This document shows, piece by piece, positions 58,808 through 64,000 of a DNA stretch of 64,000 nt. The notes beneath the pieces are model-generated. The model saw only the letters and a program-made list of their open reading frames with translations, ran no database searches and was not told where the DNA came from. Each line of letters begins with the position of its first letter. Position 1 is the stretch's first letter. This DNA comes from Deferribacterales bacterium (GTDB taxonomy: Bacteria; Chrysiogenota; Deferribacteres; Deferribacterales; Geovibrionaceae). The stretch spans positions 117,458 through 181,457 of the forward strand of contig JBFWJS010000003.1 in assembly GCA_050253075.1 (NCBI GenBank), in the 5' to 3' direction. The position numbers and the translations under genes are program-made.

Positions 58808-58886
58808 GTTGTTGTATGTATGAAATTAGATGATTTGGTTTGTAACAAAAAAGGCGACCCGTAAGAGTCGCCTTTGATGGTTTTGA

Positions 58887-59234
58887 TTAGCCTTTTACCT
58901 GCTGGCAGAGTTGCTCGAACTCTGCAGGGGCGTTAATAGCCATATCGGAGAGGACCTTTCTATCCGCTTCGATACCTTTCGCTTTCAGACCGCCGATGAA
59001 GGCGCTGTATGAAAGGCCGTGCTGACGAACAGCAGCGTTGATACGGATGATCCACAGCTTTCTGTAGTCGCGCTTTTTCTGCTTACGACCAACATAAGCT
59101 GTCTCCAGAGATCTCTCGACCTGTTCACGAACCTTTTTATAAACGGTTCTAGTCTGACCTCTGTTACCTTTGGCTTTTTTCAGCCACTCGTTTCTTCTTC
59201 TGCGGGTTTTATACCCACCTTTAGCTCTTGGCAT
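58887..59234 (-). CDS. rplT: 50S ribosomal protein L20
   Basis: MPRAK...[11 protein letters not shown]. Confidence 0.97.
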   Translation of the reverse strand: MPRAKGGYKTRRRRNEWLKKAKGNRGQTRTVYKKVREQVERSLETAYVGRKQKKRDYRKLWIIRINAAVRQHGLSYSAFIGGLKAKGIEADRKVLSDMAINAPAEFEQLCQQVKG

Positions 59235-59251
59235 TTCTTACTCCTTCTTTC

Positions 59252-59449
59252 TTACGCGTACGGCATCATTTTTTTGATGGTGGCCGCGTCTTGACCTTGA
59301 AGGATGCTAGGGTGGCGTAAATCGCGCTTGCGCTTAGAGGACTTAGAGGTGAGTATGTGCCTCAGTCCGCTTTTCTTCGCTTTTACTTTTCCGCTTCCAG
59401 TGATTTTAAATCTCTTAGCGGAACCCTTATGGGTTTTCATTTTCGGCAT
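59252..59449 (-). CDS. rpmI: 50S ribosomal protein L35
   Basis: MPKMKTHKGSAKRF. Confidence 0.97.
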   Translation of the reverse strand: MPKMKTHKGSAKRFKITGSGKVKAKKSGLRHILTSKSSKRKRDLRHPSILQGQDAATIKKMMPYA

Positions 59450-59465
59450 TCGAAAACTCCTTAAA

Positions 59466-60023
59466 TTAGTTTCCAGCAGTGTTAACAGGTGATACCATCA
59501 TAACCTGCTGGCGACCCTGCATCTCGGGTTTTTTATCAACAATACCGATTCCCTCGATATCGTTTTTTATTCTATCAAGTAATTCCATTCCCATTTCCTG
59601 GAACATCATCTCTCGTCCGCGATAGCGAAGGACAACCTTCACTTTGTCGCCGCTGGTGAGGAACTTTTTAACGTTCTTCATCTTAACTTCGTAGTCATGC
59701 TCTTCGATCTTGGGTCTGAATTTAACTTCTTTTGTGTCGACCTGATTGGCTCGCTGTTTCTTGCGTGCCTCACGGTCTTTCTTATTCTTTTCAAACTTGA
59801 ACTTACTATAGTCCATGACCCTGCATACGGGCGGTTTTGCTGTTGGAGCGATCTCCACCAGATCAAGACCGGCTTGATCAGCCAGGGAACGTGCTTCTGA
59901 AATACTGCATATCCCGTGCTGTGATCCGTCATCCAATATCAGCCTTACCTCTTTATGAGGTATCTCTTCGTTTATCCTCTCCTTGTCCTCTTTGACAGGG
60001 GGTGCGAATTTACCGCCTCTTAT
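59466..60023 (-). CDS. infC: Translation initiation factor IF-3 (ATA start)
   Basis: GGAGGTGA-CCT-ATA start; extends the track ORF to include RINEEI..EVRLI; LDLVEIAP..PPVCR. Confidence 0.92.
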   Translation of the reverse strand: MRGGKFAPPVKEDKERINEEIPHKEVRLILDDGSQHGICSISEARSLADQAGLDLVEIAPTAKPPVCRVMDYSKFKFEKNKKDREARKKQRANQVDTKEVKFRPKIEEHDYEVKMKNVKKFLTSGDKVKVVLRYRGREMMFQEMGMELLDRIKNDIEGIGIVDKKPEMQGRQQVMMVSPVNTAGN

Positions 60024-60026
60024 AGG

Positions 60027-61940
60027 TCACCTCCACAATTCAAGCGTCTTATTTTTGTCAAGCTCTGTTAATACACCAAGATAGGTGGAAAAATCAAGCT
60101 CATTTTTATTTTCTCCGTTACGAAGTCTAACAGAAACCAGATTATTATCAACCTCGTTCTGTCCAATGATCAGCATATGTGGAATTTTCTCCATCTGTGC
60201 TTCACGGATTTTGAATCCCATTTTTTCGTTGCGCAGGTCGGAATCCACTCTGAATCCCGCAGCCTTCAGTTTACGCTCGAGCTCCTTGCAATAGTCCGCC
60301 TGTGCGTCTGTGACGTTGATAACGCGAACCTGCTTTGGTGCTATCCATATAGGGAAAGCACCTGCGAAGTGCTCTGTGAGAACCCCGATGAACCTGTCGA
60401 CAGAACCGAGGATAACCCTGTGGAGCATAACAGGTCTGTGCTTTTGTCCGTCCTCGCCGATGTAGTTGAGGTCAAATTTTTCAGGAAGGTTGAAATCCGC
60501 CTGAATTGTAGCACACTGCCAGTAGCGTCCGATAGCATCTTTCAGTTTGATGTCGATCTTAGGTCCATAGAATGCGCCGTCGCCTTCGTTTATCTCATAG
60601 TCGAGACCTCTCGCTTTAAGAGCCTCAAAGAGTGCGTTTGTCGCTTTTTCCCAGTTTTCGTCGGAGCCGATGTATTTCTCAGGCTTTGTGGATATCTCAA
60701 TTTCGTATGTGAAGTTGAAAATGCCCATGATGTCGTCGACAAAGTTTATGATGCCGATGATCTCGTCCTGAAGCTGTTCCGGTGTGCATAATATGTGTGC
60801 ATCGTCCTGTGTGAATGCACGCACACGGAGCAGACCGTGGAGAACGCCTGATTTTTCGTGTCTGTGTACTGTGCCCAGCTCAAAGTATCGCTGAGGCAGG
60901 TCACGATAGCTGCGTATCTCAGAGTTGAAAACCATCATGTGCGCAAGGCAGTTCATAGGTTTCACGCCGAAGTCAACGTCGTCTATCTTCGTGAAGTACA
61001 TGTTTTCACGGTAGTTGTCATAGTGGCCGGATTTTTTCCACAGATCCTGCTTGAGTATCTGCGGGCCGTATACTATGTCGTATCCGCGTTTAATGTGCTC
61101 TTCCTTCTCGAATGTCTCGAGAACGTTGCGGAGAGCGCCGCCGTTAGGCAGATATATAGGGAATCCCGCACCGGCTTCTTCGCTGAATGTGAAGAGCTTG
61201 AGCTGTTTACCAATCTTACGGTGGTCACGCTTCTCAGCTTCTTCGAGCATATTGAGGTAGTTGTCGAGATCCTCTTTTGTTGTCCAGCTTGTGCCATAGA
61301 TACGCTGGAGCATTTTATTCTTTTCGTCGCCTCGCCAGTATGCACCCGCCACGGAGAGCAGCTTAAAGTGCTTAATGCGCTTTGTGTTGTCCACGTGAGG
61401 TCCACGGCAGAGGTCTGTGAAGTCGCCCTGATCGTAAAGGGATACGGACTCTGCACCGATGTCTGTTATCAGCTCGACCTTGTATTTCTCATCTGCGAAT
61501 TCTTTAAGGGCATCCGCACTGGAGATGTCTCTGCGTGTGACAGGGATAGCCTCGGAGGCGATCTTTGCCATCATCTTTTCGATAGCTTTCAGGTCGTCCG
61601 GGGTGAATTTTCTGTCGCCCATGTCAAAGTCGTAGTAAAAGCCGTCTTTGATAACGGGGCCTATTGTCACTTTCACGTCTTCAAAAAGTCTCTTTACGGC
61701 ATGCGCCATAAGGTGTGCCGTTGAGTGTCTTATGATGTCCAGAGCTTCGGGGTCCTGCTCCGTTATTATTTTTATGGTATCGCCGTCTTTAAGCACGGCT
61801 GTTATATCTTTTGGTTCGCCGTTGATCTCTGCTGCGATAGCTTTCTTTGCGAGACCCACGCTTATCTGTTTCGCTACGTCGTATCCTGTTGCGCCGTCCT
61901 GTACGTCCAGCTTGGCGCCGTCGGGAAGTAAAATGTTCAT
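60027..61940 (-). CDS. thrS: Threonyl-tRNA synthetase
   Basis: [29 protein letters not shown]. Confidence 0.97.
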   Translation of the reverse strand: MNILLPDGAKLDVQDGATGYDVAKQISVGLAKKAIAAEINGEPKDITAVLKDGDTIKIITEQDPEALDIIRHSTAHLMAHAVKRLFEDVKVTIGPVIKDGFYYDFDMGDRKFTPDDLKAIEKMMAKIASEAIPVTRRDISSADALKEFADEKYKVELITDIGAESVSLYDQGDFTDLCRGPHVDNTKRIKHFKLLSVAGAYWRGDEKNKMLQRIYGTSWTTKEDLDNYLNMLEEAEKRDHRKIGKQLKLFTFSEEAGAGFPIYLPNGGALRNVLETFEKEEHIKRGYDIVYGPQILKQDLWKKSGHYDNYRENMYFTKIDDVDFGVKPMNCLAHMMVFNSEIRSYRDLPQRYFELGTVHRHEKSGVLHGLLRVRAFTQDDAHILCTPEQLQDEIIGIINFVDDIMGIFNFTYEIEISTKPEKYIGSDENWEKATNALFEALKARGLDYEINEGDGAFYGPKIDIKLKDAIGRYWQCATIQADFNLPEKFDLNYIGEDGQKHRPVMLHRVILGSVDRFIGVLTEHFAGAFPIWIAPKQVRVINVTDAQADYCKELERKLKAAGFRVDSDLRNEKMGFKIREAQMEKIPHMLIIGQNEVDNNLVSVRLRNGENKNELDFSTYLGVLTELDKNKTLELWR

Positions 61941-62095
61941 TTGCACGCTCCCAATGGAATTTGTGAACCATAGAATATACTTGTGTACCATGTTTTTGTC
62001 AAGGTATATGGCGGGTAAATTTGCCTGAAAACCTTATTTGTCTAGGGGCTTTTGGACGACATGAAAAAAAGTTGAAAAAAATTTAAAAAACCTGC

Positions 62096-62124
62096 TTGAC
62101 ATGACGGAGTTGTTAGTGTAATTT
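62096..62124 (+). promoter_or_regulatory. sigma70 promoter with A-tract UP element
   Basis: TTGACA-N17-TAATTT upstream of the tRNA. Confidence 0.7.
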
Positions 62125-62137
62125 CTCATTCTCGTTA

Positions 62138-62223
62138 GCCGAGGTGGTGGAATTGGTAGACACGCAGGACTAAGGATCCTGTGCGAGTCAAATCGTGTGC
62201 GAGTTCAAGTCTCGCTCTCGGCA
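62138..62223 (+). tRNA. tRNA-Leu with anticodon AAG
   Basis: GCCGAGGTGGTGGAATTGGTAGACACG-CAGGA-CTAAGGA-TCCTG, long variable arm, GTTCAAGTC, A73; terminator at 62229-62257. Confidence 0.9.
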
Positions 62224-62474
62224 TTAAGAAAAGCTCAGCGTAAAGCTGGGCTTTTTTCGTTTGTGACAGAATAGATTTCGTCTACTAAGTCAGTGGCTAT
62301 TCAGCAACTACCTAAATGTACATAAACTAAATTTATCCAATACCGTCTTTACATTTAAGCGGCCTCTCTGATACCATACTCTTATCAAAGCCCAAAAGGC
62401 ATGCAGTTCTATTTTGAATATACATACGAAGATCAAGACCTATTATAAAAGGTCGGGACAAAAGCGGTAATTTA

Positions 62475-63731
62475 ATGACAGTTTATGATGTTGTTGTGAT
62501 AGGTGGAGGCCCTGCCGGTCTTATGGCGGCCGGGACTGCGTCTGAGAATGGTGCAAAAGTTCTGTTAATCGAAAAGATGGGTTCTGTCGGTCGCAAACTG
62601 CTTATCAGTGGCAAAGGGCGATGTAACATCACAAACACCATAACTAATACCAAAGAATTCGTAACGCACTTCGGTAAAACCGGAAAATTTTTATATCAAG
62701 CCTTTAACGCCTTCTCTTCCGCTGATACTATAAACTTTTTCAACAAAAGAGGTATGGTTACTAAGGTCGATAAGGGCTTTAAGGTATTTCCCATGTCAGA
62801 CCTAGCAGAAGAAGTACTATCAATTCTTACCAGATATCTGAAAGAGCACAAGGTTGAGATACGCCAAGGTGTAATAATCCATAAGATCAATACTACAGAT
62901 GATAGAATAACCTCTATATCAACCGCAACCGGAGATATCTTGTGCAAGTCAGTGATACTTGCCACCGGTGGTAAATCATACCCTAAGACAGGTTCTGCAG
63001 GGGATGGTTACAATTATGCGAAGAAGCTTGGGCATAATATAATAGAGCCAAAACCAGCACTTGTTCCTGTTATCGTCAAAGAAAGCTGGGTAAAAATACT
63101 TCAAGGGATGAGTCCAAGAGGAGCTCGTTTTTCCATATATCATGGTGGTAAAAAGATTGCTGATGATCTAAACGATGCAGTATTTACAGATAATGGGTTA
63201 TCGGGTCCCGCGATATATAACCTGACAAGGGTAATTGATATTACTCAGGCGGGTTTACAGCTCTCCATTGATTTTAGACCAGATATTGAGCATCACTTGC
63301 TGGACAAAGAGATAGCTGAATATATAAATGAAAATAGCCGGAAAAAGCTAAAAAATATGCTGGACAAATACTTTCAACCAAAGCTTTTGGCACTTGCGAT
63401 AGAGCAAACCGGCATTAACCCGGAAATGCGGTCATGTGACCTGAAAAAAGAAGATAGAAAAAAACTAATCAATATCCTCAAAAATCTACGCTTAAATATT
63501 GAAAAATTTGCAGGCTTCGAACGTGCAGTTGTCACAGCAGGCGGAATAGACCTTAAAGAAATCGACGGTAAGACCATGAAATCAAAGATCATAGATAATT
63601 TATATTTCGCAGGTGAAATCATCAACCTAGACGGTCCGACAGGTGGCTTTAATCTTCAGCTGTGCTGGAGTACAGGTAGGCTCGCCGGTAAGTCGTCCAG
63701 CATGATATATCATCATTGCGATAGGAATTAA
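62475..63731 (+). CDS. HI0933/BaiN-family flavoprotein
   Basis: GGGPAGL, SGKGRCN, ATGG.SYP.TGS.GDG, TGGFNLQ. Confidence 0.92.
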   Translation: MTVYDVVVIGGGPAGLMAAGTASENGAKVLLIEKMGSVGRKLLISGKGRCNITNTITNTKEFVTHFGKTGKFLYQAFNAFSSADTINFFNKRGMVTKVDKGFKVFPMSDLAEEVLSILTRYLKEHKVEIRQGVIIHKINTTDDRITSISTATGDILCKSVILATGGKSYPKTGSAGDGYNYAKKLGHNIIEPKPALVPVIVKESWVKILQGMSPRGARFSIYHGGKKIADDLNDAVFTDNGLSGPAIYNLTRVIDITQAGLQLSIDFRPDIEHHLLDKEIAEYINENSRKKLKNMLDKYFQPKLLALAIEQTGINPEMRSCDLKKEDRKKLINILKNLRLNIEKFAGFERAVVTAGGIDLKEIDGKTMKSKIIDNLYFAGEIINLDGPTGGFNLQLCWSTGRLAGKSSSMIYHHCDRN

Positions 63732-63758
63732 TACACCTGCCTCAGAATAGCAAAATGA

Positions 63759-63983
63759 CTACTTTTTAAAACGGGTGATAAGGTAAAGATCTTCTACCTT
63801 TGTCCTTGCCCATGGTGTTTTTCTTAAGAACTTCAGGCTTGATTTGATACTTGGATTGTCTGTAAAACATTTAATTTTAATCTTTCCGGCCAACCTTTCC
63901 CACCCGTAATGCTCGTATAATTTTGTAATAATTGTTTCGAGTGTAATACCGTGAAGCGGGTCGCCTGATTTAATTTCGCTCAT
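63759..63983 (-). CDS. VF530 (DUF2132) family protein
   Basis: DPLHGITLE...[13 protein letters not shown]. Confidence 0.88.
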   Translation of the reverse strand: MSEIKSGDPLHGITLETIITKLYEHYGWERLAGKIKIKCFTDNPSIKSSLKFLRKTPWARTKVEDLYLITRFKK

Positions 63984-64000
63984 TATATCTCCAGTCATGT

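Noticed and set aside
60858..61724. 288-aa plus-strand ORF
   Set aside because: Antisense shadow of thrS.
59466..61940. thrS TGA is in frame with infC (readthrough or Sec fusion)
   Set aside because: ThrS is complete at the stop, infC has its own SD and start, and no SECIS-like hairpin is evident.
61941..62002. T-box or attenuator upstream of thrS
   Set aside because: A TTGACA-N17-TATATT promoter leaves a leader of only ~30 nt.
62137..62223. Reading the tRNA as Leu(TAA)
   Set aside because: The 5-bp stem fixes a 7-nt loop CTAAGGA in which T is U33, so the anticodon is AAG.

Overview
Bacterial chromosomal window of moderate GC. Gene content and style suggest an anaerobic respirer, probably Deferribacterota (inference, not verified). 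(1) 1-12.5 kb: a multiheme cytochrome c / outer-membrane porin cluster. It has six cytochromes carrying 69 canonical CxxCH plus 4 CX3-4CH motifs counted by eye, including one 28-heme protein, together with a beta-barrel, NHL, TPR and thioredoxin-like accessory proteins. This looks like a porin-cytochrome extracellular electron transfer conduit. (2) 12.6-32 kb: lysA, an Amt-GGDEF fusion, a YbhFSR-type ABC exporter with its TetR regulator, four more diguanylate cyclases, a kinase, a CheC/receiver module and tRNA-Arg(CCT). (3) purS-purQ-purL-purF, followed by an unannotated thioredoxin-fold ORF with an in-frame TGA and a SECIS-like hairpin (candidate new selenoprotein). (4) ppiD, SRP RNA, tRNA-Ser(GGA), a small RHH gene, a C-terminally anchored trypsin, an rpoE-anti-sigma-rseB-degP operon, and a sigma54-driven DUF2318/ABC/two-component operon. 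(5) pheTS, a ~4 kb accessory insert, rplT-rpmI-infC(ATA start)-thrS, an unusual A34 tRNA-Leu(AAG) and two more AT-rich genes. No CRISPR array, transposase or prophage was seen.
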